This document shows, in pieces, positions 53,750 through 62,593 of a DNA stretch of 64,000 bases. A model generated the notes under the pieces. The model worked only from the letters and a program-made list of their open reading frames with translations, had not been told where the DNA came from and did not search any database. The DNA comes from an uncultured virus (IMG/VR IMGVR_UViG_3300042447_001246) (taxonomy: Duplodnaviria; Heunggongvirae; Uroviricota; Caudoviricetes), in IMG/VR virus record IMGVR_UViG_3300042447_001246; one strand, written 5' to 3'. A program made the translations under genes and the position numbers. Position 1 is the stretch's first letter, and each line of letters starts with the position of its first letter.

Positions 53750-55210
53750 ATGCCCGGTGTAGTCATTTCAACAGCAGTAAGAACAGGTCCATCAGCAACA
53801 ACGGTTCGCGAATCATCGCAGCTCTTTGTCGTTGGCAAAGCACAGCGCGGACCAGCCGACGAAGCAGTACTCATCGAGAGCATTGCTGACTTCGAAGCGA
53901 AGTTCGGTGGTTATCTTTCAAGCTCTTACTTGCACCCAACAGTCGAAACATTCTTTGAAGAGGGTGGCACACAGTGCTACGTTGCTCGTACAGTAGGTGC
54001 TTCTGCAACAGTCGGAACTCTAGACCTTGATGACTCCTCGTCGACAGCTGTTTTGACGATTGACGCAAACGGACCTGGCACATGGAGCGCCGACGTAGAT
54101 GTTGAAGTTGTCGAAGTTGTTGCTGGAACATCATTCAAAATCAACCTCCACTACCAAGATGCTCTTGTTTACTCAACTGGAACTGTCACATCAGCAGCAC
54201 AGGCAGCTGGAAGAATTAACCTCAGCGCAGTAGCAACTCAGTATGTTTCTGCATCAGCAACAGAAGGAGCAACAACTCTTCCCGATGCGCTTGCAAAAAC
54301 TGCACTTTCAACAGGAGCTGCTGGTTCAACTGTTGTTGTTGGTGACTATGTCTCATCGCTCGATTTGTTCAACGGAGCTCTTGGTTCAGGAGCTGTTACT
54401 TGCCCTGAAATTTCAAACTCAACAATGCACGATGCATTGATTGCTCATGCAAACACAAACAGCAGAATTGCAATCTTGCATGATGTTGAAAACGCAAGCA
54501 TTGCAGCTGTCAAGGTGACTGCAGTAGCTCTCCAAGGCGGAGACAATGCAGAACATGCAGCACTTTACTTCCCATGGATTGAAGTTCCAACAACAATCAA
54601 TGGCGTAACACGCTTTATCCCACCAGTTGGATATGTTGCTGCCAAGCGAGCAACCGCACATAATCAGACTGGTTCACACGTTCCAGCTGCAGGCTTGCTC
54701 TCAGCATCACGTTTTGTTACTGGCGTAAAGACAGACATCGACAAGACAAACGGAGACTCACTCGATGATGCTGGTGTTAATGCAATCAGAATCATTCAGA
54801 ACTCCGTAAGAATCTACGGCGCACGTTCACTCTCGACAGATGATGAGAACTTTAGATACATCACAGCTCAAGACACCGTGAACCATGTTGTTATCGAAGC
54901 TGGTAGAAGCCTCGAAGACCTCGTCTTCAGCACGATTGACGGAAGAAACACAATCTTCAGCGCAATCGAATCACGCCTCATTGCAATTCTTTCCCCGCTT
55001 CGCGACATTGGAGCCTTGTTTGAGGCTTACGATGCAAACGGAAGAAAGATTGACTCAGGTTTCACCGTCAGATGTGATGCAAAGCTCAACCCAGTTTCAC
55101 AGCTTGCCGGTGGCACTGTGAAGGCAAAAGTTGGTCTTCGCGTGAGCAGCGTCGGCGACAAAATCGAAGTCGACATTATCAAGTCAAACCTTACGGCGTC
55201 AGTCGTCTAA
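53750..55210 (+). CDS. contractile tail sheath protein
   Basis: MPGVVI, GKAQRGP, FFEEGG..CYVAR, ALYFPW, PPVG, GVNAIR, IYGARSL. Confidence 0.93.
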   Translation: MPGVVISTAVRTGPSATTVRESSQLFVVGKAQRGPADEAVLIESIADFEAKFGGYLSSSYLHPTVETFFEEGGTQCYVARTVGASATVGTLDLDDSSSTAVLTIDANGPGTWSADVDVEVVEVVAGTSFKINLHYQDALVYSTGTVTSAAQAAGRINLSAVATQYVSASATEGATTLPDALAKTALSTGAAGSTVVVGDYVSSLDLFNGALGSGAVTCPEISNSTMHDALIAHANTNSRIAILHDVENASIAAVKVTAVALQGGDNAEHAALYFPWIEVPTTINGVTRFIPPVGYVAAKRATAHNQTGSHVPAAGLLSASRFVTGVKTDIDKTNGDSLDDAGVNAIRIIQNSVRIYGARSLSTDDENFRYITAQDTVNHVVIEAGRSLEDLVFSTIDGRNTIFSAIESRLIAILSPLRDIGALFEAYDANGRKIDSGFTVRCDAKLNPVSQLAGGTVKAKVGLRVSSVGDKIEVDIIKSNLTASVV

Positions 55211-55224
55211 CGGAGGAATAAAGC

Positions 55225-55698
55225 ATGCCAAATACCAAAGTTTCGCAAAGGCAAGTACTTGGAAGTATTGTGCCAATTAACCAGACTCACCCTAAGTGGA
55301 CAAACTTTAAGTTCGCTCAGGTGTCTGGTGGTGAAATAACAGCCTCCGTTGAGAAGATTTACGAAGGCGGAAAACTTCGCCCGACAGTTCTTTGTGCTCC
55401 ATCAGAAATTGGTGACATCACATTGACGGCTCACTACGACTCAGATAGAGTCGCTTCAGAGCTCGGAACTGGAATTGCAGAAAAGATTGCCCGTCTCCGC
55501 CCACTTGTTGGTCGTGCAGAGTACGACGTGACAGTGCAGGTTTACGACTGCGACCTCGCAGTGCCTGGTACTGACCGCGTCTACTACAAGGCCCTTCTTG
55601 TTGGAATCACTGAGCCAGATGGTGACTCATCATCAGGCGCACCAGCAACATTTGCTCTGACATTTGCAATCCAGGACGTTGAATCGCCAACAGCCTAG
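55225..55698 (+). CDS. tail tube protein
   Basis: Directly after sheath, 157 aa; SGGEI...GDITLT...PDGDSSSG pattern; RBS GGAGG. Confidence 0.8.
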   Translation: MPNTKVSQRQVLGSIVPINQTHPKWTNFKFAQVSGGEITASVEKIYEGGKLRPTVLCAPSEIGDITLTAHYDSDRVASELGTGIAEKIARLRPLVGRAEYDVTVQVYDCDLAVPGTDRVYYKALLVGITEPDGDSSSGAPATFALTFAIQDVESPTA

Positions 55699-55764
55699 TT
55701 TCTTTAAAACTAGACAAAAAGTAGTTGCACTAGCTCCCACTATCTATGTGGTAGTTTTTGCAAC

Positions 55765-56310
55765 ATGAGCGACAACAGCCTTTACAGCACAGAAGTAGAA
55801 GTTCCAGTTTCACCAGCAAAAGCAAAGCAGGCTAAAGCAGAAGCCGCCCCAAAGAGCGACACTGCATTAGACCGACTTCGTGAGGTTATTACCAAAAAGG
55901 TAGAACGCACGGTGGTTTTGCTTGAAGTACCAGAGCGCCCTGGTGTTCATGTTCGCATTAGTCCGAACATCACCCAGAATCAAATGCGCAACTGGCGTAA
56001 GGCATCTGGTGAAGATTCGCGAAATGGTCTTGATGCAACAAAGTTTGCATGCATGGTTATTGGACACACAACTGTCGGTATCGAAATTGACGGTGAAGAA
56101 GTTTTTGATGAGAACGGAAACGAAATCACTTTTGCTTCACCACTTCTCCTTGAGATGACAGAAACATCACGTCCGCTTCCAGATTGCGTTCGAGCATTCT
56201 TTGGTGTTGACCCACACGTTGAGGCTGCTGCATTGGCAATTCTTGATGCATCTGGCTACTCGGATACGGTTGATGCCGTGGACCCCTCGAAGGGGTCTTC
56301 GACGAACTAG
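55765..56310 (+). CDS. tail assembly chaperone (G-like)
   Basis: Between tube and tape measure; ends ...VDPSKGSSTN. Confidence 0.7.
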   Translation: MSDNSLYSTEVEVPVSPAKAKQAKAEAAPKSDTALDRLREVITKKVERTVVLLEVPERPGVHVRISPNITQNQMRNWRKASGEDSRNGLDATKFACMVIGHTTVGIEIDGEEVFDENGNEITFASPLLLEMTETSRPLPDCVRAFFGVDPHVEAAALAILDASGYSDTVDAVDPSKGSSTN

Positions 56311-56483
56311 TCGATTCGCCGGAAATTAAAACGGCCGCCAGACTTGGCGAACTATTCGGAACAGACCCCATAAAAATCCTTCAATCGGATGACATTGACT
56401 GGATGATTAGGCTTGCCTGTGCTAAAGTTATATCTAACGACCGCGAAGAGCAAGAGCGAAAGTCGAAGACTCAGCAGGCATAA
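56283..56483 (+). CDS. tail assembly chaperone -1 frame extension (T-like), probably reached by programmed frameshift
   Basis: Open -1 frame PLEGVFDELVDSPEIKTAARLGELFGTDPIKILQSDDIDWMIRLACAKVISNDREEQERKSKTQQA* fills the gap to the tape measure gene and has no evident start of its own. Confidence 0.65.
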   Translation, partial: PLEGVFDELVDSPEIKTAARLGELFGTDPIKILQSDDIDWMIRLACAKVISNDREEQERKSKTQQA

Positions 56484-56546
56484 ACTGCATAGCTCGGCCG
56501 CTTTTACACTCACGTGACTTAAAAACTCACATGGAGCAGTAAAGGT

Positions 56547-59500
56547 ATGGCAGACGAAAAAATCGTCATAAAAATTGATGTAGACGCAAGGACTACAGCT
56601 ATTGAAAAGACGACGCAGGCGGTTAAGCGTCTCAAGCGCGAGGCTGGGAAGTTCTCATCTGGGCGCAGCGACGTAACTTCTTATCTAAACACAATGGATA
56701 AGAGTTTAACAAAAAGCACAAGCAAATTAAAAAGACATTTTGACTTCATAGATAAAGGGGTCAAAGCTTTTGGTGGTGTGTTAAAGAAATTTGTGTCTGT
56801 AGCCTTAAAGGGAATCATCCTGGAAATGGCCGCTCTTGGCGCAGCGATGCTTGGTGTCCACGCTTTATTTGTCGCTGGCAAATTCTTAGCCAAGGCCTAT
56901 TCGGGGGCGATGCAGATATTAGCCGGAGGTGCAGCAGCCGCCACGGTTGCCATTGCCACTGCAGCAGCTGCGATAAGGGAACAGCAAGCTGCTATGTACG
57001 CATACCGCGGGAAAGGCGCTAAAGAACTTGGTTCTGGATTAGACCAGGCACGAGCAGGAATGCGCGCCTTGCAAATGGATGCAGACCTAGCTGGTCTGGG
57101 TGTAGCTGCACTGAACAAATCGTATGCAGTCATGTCGAAAACAATGAGCACACCACAAATCAATGCAAGTACAGGTTTGTTCAAGGGTCTTATGGACTTC
57201 GGTTCTGCTGGTCAAGACCCAGCAGCCGCAGCAGAAAAAGTTGCGGCAGTAATTGAATCTCTTTCAAACTCAAAGAAGAGTCTTTCTGATGTTAAAGCTG
57301 CCGCAAATGCTGTTGGTCCAGAAATGGCAGAAGCACTAAAGAAAGCAAACGTAAAAACAAAAGACCAACTTAAACAATTGATTATGTCTGGAAAGCTTGC
57401 TGAGTTTGGCGGTGTTGCCGGGCAGTTTGATGCTGTTAACAATACTCTTATTGGTAAAGTCAAAACATTTTTTAACTTAGTAAAAGGTCAATTTGCTGAC
57501 TTCGGACAGCAGTTTCTAGAGCCAGCAAAAGTAGCAATGCAGAAGATATTCAATATCATCTCTCGCGACCTAAGAAAGTTGATGGTTTTAACATCCGATT
57601 TTGGCACCGGAACGTTCATGGACTCACTTGTAGCTGGTGTCGACAAGGTCAGTTCATTCATGGTCAATGTCATTGAAAAATGGCTCCCCAGGACCCAGGG
57701 GTTCTTTACCAAAATAAGTAACTGGTGGAATTCATTTACCGGCGGCTGGAAGAGAATGGTCGATTCTATGCGTCCGTTGATTGATGGCGCGCGTGTTCTT
57801 GAAAAAGCATTTTCACCAATTTGGGCAGCGATAAAACAGGGCGGAATCGACAACCTAAACAACTTCAGAGAAGGACTAATTGAAAACGAAACCGAAGTTC
57901 TTGAGTTTGGGAATAGGGTGGGCGAACTTATATCTGGTATTTCAGATTTTGCCCAAGGTCTAAAGAAAGCATTCTTCGATATATTGCCAATCATCAATGA
58001 TGTTGTTGGTGGTCTCACCATGATGTTTAAGCAAGCAGCTGGATTCATGACGATGTTCAGCGGTAAGGGTGCCTTTCTTAGTCTTCTTCCAATCTTGACC
58101 ATGTTCCTTGGTGGCAAGAAAATGGGGGCGACCAAGGGTGGATTCATGACTGCTGGGAGCATGGGTCTTCAGAACATGAACGTCAATGCACAAAACGTGA
58201 CGATAACAGGGACTGGTCCTGGTCCAGGTGGGCCACGTGCTCCGACACCAGGGCCTGGTACGCCAGGTTTTTCTAGCGGCAGAACAGGTGGGGCTCCAGT
58301 CCCACCTGGATACACGACCACATCAACTGGTCTAATAGTTCCTAGCAGTCCAAGAGTTATCCCTGGAGCACCTGGTGTGAGCGGAGCGCTTCCGCATACC
58401 GCTGCAGCATACGGTGGCCCAACTGCAACGGCACAACAAAGCGCGGGTATGCGGCCAGGCGTTCACTCGTATGGTGCAAACTTCGGCGTAGCAAATGCAT
58501 TTGTTCCTGGAAATTTTGCAGAAGGTAAAACTGGTTTTAGAAAAGGTATTGGGCGATATAGGGATTTTGCCATGAAACAAAGATACATGCGCACACAATC
58601 GGCCTATGGTTCAAGCCTCTTTGGGAACGAAGCACTTGGCAAAAAGGGCATCAATAACAGCATGACTGCAAAAATGGGAACCGCAATGGCTCTCAGTACT
58701 ATGAGTCAATTTGCACCAGAAGAAATGCGTGGAGCAATGGCTCTTGGTGGCGCTGTTGGCGCATTTAATCCATTGGCCGGAATTGGTATCGCTGGAATTG
58801 GTGGAGCAATGAAAGCTCAAGGAGCAGGAAAGGGCGCACTAGCAGGAGCTGCTGGCGGTGCTGCAATGGGTGCATTCTTTGGTCCGGCAGGAATCGCGAT
58901 AGGCGCAGGAATTGGTCTTCTTGCTGGCGGAATAATGGGTGGTGTAAACGAAGTTAGACAACGAGCAAAAGAAGCACGCGCTGCAATTAAGAGCTCTGTT
59001 GGAAGTGTTCTTACAGGGATAATGACAGAACGTTCAATTGAATTTCAAGACAACCTCAATGCAGTGAACCGTGGAGGAATAACAACGGGTCGTCGCGGCT
59101 CACTTGAAGGTGTTGGCGCTGATTTCATTTCAAAAATGGCACCACTGTCAGAAAAAGCAAAAGATGCAAATCGTACGCGCAAAGGCGAACGCTACTCGGA
59201 TGTTATGAACTCAAACATCACAACAGCGGCAATGCTCAAGACACCACTTGCTCCATTGGGTGTTCTGAGAGCAAAGGTTCGCGTAATGAGCGCACTAATC
59301 CCAGACATTATGGACGTTGGTTCTCTGATAGGTAAAATACCTGGTGCCGGGAAATTAAACAAATTACCAGGTGTTGGTGCTATAAAAAGCACTATTGGGA
59401 TGGATGTAAAAACAGCACGAACTGGAAGAAACGAAGCTTTCATTCAAGACCTGTTTGATAATCAAGCCAAGTATGGCATGAAGATGACAGAAGATGAACT

Positions 59501-61007
59501 GAAAAAAGCTCTTAAAGACCCACAGAATTCAGTTCAAGAATTTGTAAAGCAAATAGAAGAACGCGGTGAAGCTTTCAAGATGATGGACGATGTCAATAAA
59601 ACTCGCCTTGACACTCTTTCAAAAATGAGCGGAAAAACAAAGCCTGAACTCGAAGCTTTGGCTAAAAGCCTTGGTGTAAACCTGTACGACGCAACATTGA
59701 AATTTGACGACCTGGTAACAAAACTGAAAATAAACATGCTTCGCTCTGCAGAAGAAATGAAGGCTGCACAGACAAATGCGTTGCTTGACTCAACTAGCCT
59801 ATTTGATGATGCAATAAAGCAGATAGACGCATCATATGCAATTGACTCTAAGTCAAGAACCCTTAAAGACCAATTTGATGCAGGAAGCCTAAGCGATAAG
59901 AATCTTCTTGAGTATATGAAGACTCTCCCAGCAGACCTTGCTGCCGCATACGGTGGAGACCCAGTAAAAGCTTTCTACGAACTACGTAGGTCTGTTGGTT
60001 CAGAAAAGGGAACTCAGTTCCAGACCGGCGGCGCGCTGGAGGGCATGGCGGCAACGTTCCTTAATAATCCAGTCTTCCAAAAGTATATGAAGCAGTCAGA
60101 GGACGCGATGCTTGGTGAAGCAGCCACCCAGGTTGGTGGAGTCATTAACCAAGGCGACAAAATGGTCGACCCAGCATTAATCAAGCAAAAACTTGCAAGC
60201 ATGGACCCAGCTAAGCAAGAAGCATTCATGGCAAAGATATCTGCATACGAAACAACCATGAATCTTCCAGGCACCGATGCAGCAACGCGTATGGCAAAAA
60301 CAAAAGGTTCAGAAGCTCTTATGGCTGAACTTGGAATACCACTAAGTGCATTGGAGAAGATTCCAGACAACGTAGACGCTGCTGCGACCTTGGAGGGTGC
60401 AAGCAAAAACTTCAAAGATGCAGTTCAACAGTATGTTGACAATACATCTAAATTTTTCGGTCCCGATGCCGATAAGCCAGATTGGTGGTCAAAAGAAGCC
60501 ATGAAAGACATCATGACTGGTGGAGATACATCTTCTCCAAGAGGCAAAGGCATTGGCGATACAACAGCATCGCGCCTATCACAAACGATGAGCAGACATG
60601 CGGCGATGAATGGGCAGCTGACTGGAACAAGAAATATTACGTCTGCTTTCAGAACATTTGGTCTTGGCTCTCCAAGTTCCGACCATGCAACGGGAAGAGC
60701 TTACGACCTAACCGGACAGAACCTTGGCGCATACTCAAAGCTTGTTCATGCAAATGGTGGCTTTGCTGAGTTCCACGGCAACAACGCGAACAGACATCTC
60801 CATGTTGTTCCTGGTCCTGGAGCAATGGGTGACACATCAGTTCCTTCGTTTGGAAGGATGCCACAATCAATGCCTGGTCAGAGCGGTTCAAGTACTACAA
60901 ACAACATAACCGTGAACGGCGCTCCTGGTCAATCCCCTGAAGCAATCGCTGCTGCAGTAATCCAAAAGATTGAAGCACGTGAAAGAAATATCAGGGAGCG
61001 TAGATAA
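56547..61007 (+). CDS. tape measure protein with C-terminal Zn-peptidase (M15/LAS-like) domain
   Basis: 1486 aa, Ala/Gly-rich and helical, TM-like GAxxG stretches; ITSAFR...SDHATGRAYD...HLHV near the C-terminus. Confidence 0.9.
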   Translation: MADEKIVIKIDVDARTTAIEKTTQAVKRLKREAGKFSSGRSDVTSYLNTMDKSLTKSTSKLKRHFDFIDKGVKAFGGVLKKFVSVALKGIILEMAALGAAMLGVHALFVAGKFLAKAYSGAMQILAGGAAAATVAIATAAAAIREQQAAMYAYRGKGAKELGSGLDQARAGMRALQMDADLAGLGVAALNKSYAVMSKTMSTPQINASTGLFKGLMDFGSAGQDPAAAAEKVAAVIESLSNSKKSLSDVKAAANAVGPEMAEALKKANVKTKDQLKQLIMSGKLAEFGGVAGQFDAVNNTLIGKVKTFFNLVKGQFADFGQQFLEPAKVAMQKIFNIISRDLRKLMVLTSDFGTGTFMDSLVAGVDKVSSFMVNVIEKWLPRTQGFFTKISNWWNSFTGGWKRMVDSMRPLIDGARVLEKAFSPIWAAIKQGGIDNLNNFREGLIENETEVLEFGNRVGELISGISDFAQGLKKAFFDILPIINDVVGGLTMMFKQAAGFMTMFSGKGAFLSLLPILTMFLGGKKMGATKGGFMTAGSMGLQNMNVNAQNVTITGTGPGPGGPRAPTPGPGTPGFSSGRTGGAPVPPGYTTTSTGLIVPSSPRVIPGAPGVSGALPHTAAAYGGPTATAQQSAGMRPGVHSYGANFGVANAFVPGNFAEGKTGFRKGIGRYRDFAMKQRYMRTQSAYGSSLFGNEALGKKGINNSMTAKMGTAMALSTMSQFAPEEMRGAMALGGAVGAFNPLAGIGIAGIGGAMKAQGAGKGALAGAAGGAAMGAFFGPAGIAIGAGIGLLAGGIMGGVNEVRQRAKEARAAIKSSVGSVLTGIMTERSIEFQDNLNAVNRGGITTGRRGSLEGVGADFISKMAPLSEKAKDANRTRKGERYSDVMNSNITTAAMLKTPLAPLGVLRAKVRVMSALIPDIMDVGSLIGKIPGAGKLNKLPGVGAIKSTIGMDVKTARTGRNEAFIQDLFDNQAKYGMKMTEDELKKALKDPQNSVQEFVKQIEERGEAFKMMDDVNKTRLDTLSKMSGKTKPELEALAKSLGVNLYDATLKFDDLVTKLKINMLRSAEEMKAAQTNALLDSTSLFDDAIKQIDASYAIDSKSRTLKDQFDAGSLSDKNLLEYMKTLPADLAAAYGGDPVKAFYELRRSVGSEKGTQFQTGGALEGMAATFLNNPVFQKYMKQSEDAMLGEAATQVGGVINQGDKMVDPALIKQKLASMDPAKQEAFMAKISAYETTMNLPGTDAATRMAKTKGSEALMAELGIPLSALEKIPDNVDAAATLEGASKNFKDAVQQYVDNTSKFFGPDADKPDWWSKEAMKDIMTGGDTSSPRGKGIGDTTASRLSQTMSRHAAMNGQLTGTRNITSAFRTFGLGSPSSDHATGRAYDLTGQNLGAYSKLVHANGGFAEFHGNNANRHLHVVPGPGAMGDTSVPSFGRMPQSMPGQSGSSTTNNITVNGAPGQSPEAIAAAVIQKIEARERNIRERR

Positions 61008-62593
61008 TGACAACCGGAGATACAGTTGGTCCGTACTACACGGGCTCAATACATTACAGAGTTATTAGAAGACTCAGCTATCTAGACGCTCTCAGCAAAT
61101 ACCAGGGATACAGAATTTGGGGCATGTTCAAAGTAACTGATTCTAGGTTGGCAAAGCCCGATGAGCCATTGGGTGCTGGTTGGCTTCGACTAAATAACAA
61201 ACAATATTGGAATCCATTTCCATTTTATGCAACAACGCACGTTCAAGAGTATTTTGCTGGAGACGAATACACAACTCAGGTGTATGGGTCAAGGCCTGTT
61301 GGGCCGAATCTAACTGACCCAAGTGGTGTTGATGTTTCAAAACTTGGAATTGTTAATGCTCAAAGCCAACCAGGTTACAAATTTGTTGACCCTGGGACAT
61401 CAAGACTGTGGGTCTCTTCTATATACAGAGCAACATTTCAATACGTCCAATGGGAATCAATCAAAAACACATCTCAGGCAATAAAATCAAAAGGCATAAA
61501 TCCATACGGAGGAACAACAGTCCAAGTATGGGTCAAGGTGACCGGAACCGGAACAAGTACAGAAACCGGACTGACGTACTGGTATCACCCTACATTCCAG
61601 GCGTTTTATTCAATACCTCCAAGTGTTGATTATTTGATTGGCGCTGTTGGGAATGAAACTACAGACTCTCTTAGAGAGGGAAAAATACTTTCACTAATAG
61701 CTCAAGGAAACACTAGAGCACAGGCAATTGCTCTTATCGATTCGAAGACCGCAGGCCCAGGTTCACCTGGAGCTGGTGGCGGTGCTGGGGCAGGAGGGGC
61801 AGGAGGGGCTGGGAATGGGAATGGTGGGAATCAGAATGGAAGTCAGTCAGAACAGTCTGCTGGACCAAAAGCTGCAATAAAAGCAACAGTCAGAGTGCGC
61901 GGGAATTTCGGATTCGTAGCCCCAGGAGAGCCAGAGGGCGGAGAACCGCAGATGGTTCAGTACTACAAGTCTGGTGACAGTCAGTTACAGACAACTGCTA
62001 GACATTATTTCCTGCCAAAACCAAACCAGGTTAATTATCAGAACCTTGGTTCCGAATGGACAGAGATAGAGCGAGTTGGAAGAATTCCATTGGTCGACTG
62101 GAAAAACTACAGACTAATGAAGGTTTCATTTCAGTTTTTAGTTATTCCAGACAATACATATAGAACCGGTGCATTTGGAGAAACAGCAGACGATGGAATA
62201 ACGTTCTCAATTGATGAAAAGTTGGAAAATCTTAGAAATATGGCGGCAAGGCCGTACCCGGTAATACTTTATGGATTTGATGACCTTTTGATAAATTCGA
62301 ATCCATTTTCTATGTCAACCGGTGCAGGCGTCCAGTTTGTAATAAATGAATTAACAATATCTTCTCTAATCAGAACAACAACAGGCTCGATAAATAGAGC
62401 AACGTGTGACATAACTCTTCAAGAAGTACCAATTGAATACATCAATATCATTTCATTGCCAAAACTCGTTCCTGGACAAATAATCCCTCCTCCGCCAACC
62501 CTTGTCCCACCAGCATTCGGAGAGAGAGACTCCTTCCTAGACAGAGTGCAAAATTATGGGAATCCATTCAAGACAACAACGCAGGAACCATAG
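61007..62593 (+). CDS. baseplate/tail-tube-initiator-like protein with N-terminal extension
   Basis: Follows TMP; C-terminal PNQVNY...WTEIERVGRIPL...VSFQF...RATCDITLQE resembles contractile-tail tube initiator proteins; Gly-rich linker. Confidence 0.55.
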   Translation: MTTGDTVGPYYTGSIHYRVIRRLSYLDALSKYQGYRIWGMFKVTDSRLAKPDEPLGAGWLRLNNKQYWNPFPFYATTHVQEYFAGDEYTTQVYGSRPVGPNLTDPSGVDVSKLGIVNAQSQPGYKFVDPGTSRLWVSSIYRATFQYVQWESIKNTSQAIKSKGINPYGGTTVQVWVKVTGTGTSTETGLTYWYHPTFQAFYSIPPSVDYLIGAVGNETTDSLREGKILSLIAQGNTRAQAIALIDSKTAGPGSPGAGGGAGAGGAGGAGNGNGGNQNGSQSEQSAGPKAAIKATVRVRGNFGFVAPGEPEGGEPQMVQYYKSGDSQLQTTARHYFLPKPNQVNYQNLGSEWTEIERVGRIPLVDWKNYRLMKVSFQFLVIPDNTYRTGAFGETADDGITFSIDEKLENLRNMAARPYPVILYGFDDLLINSNPFSMSTGAGVQFVINELTISSLIRTTTGSINRATCDITLQEVPIEYINIISLPKLVPGQIIPPPPTLVPPAFGERDSFLDRVQNYGNPFKTTTQEP

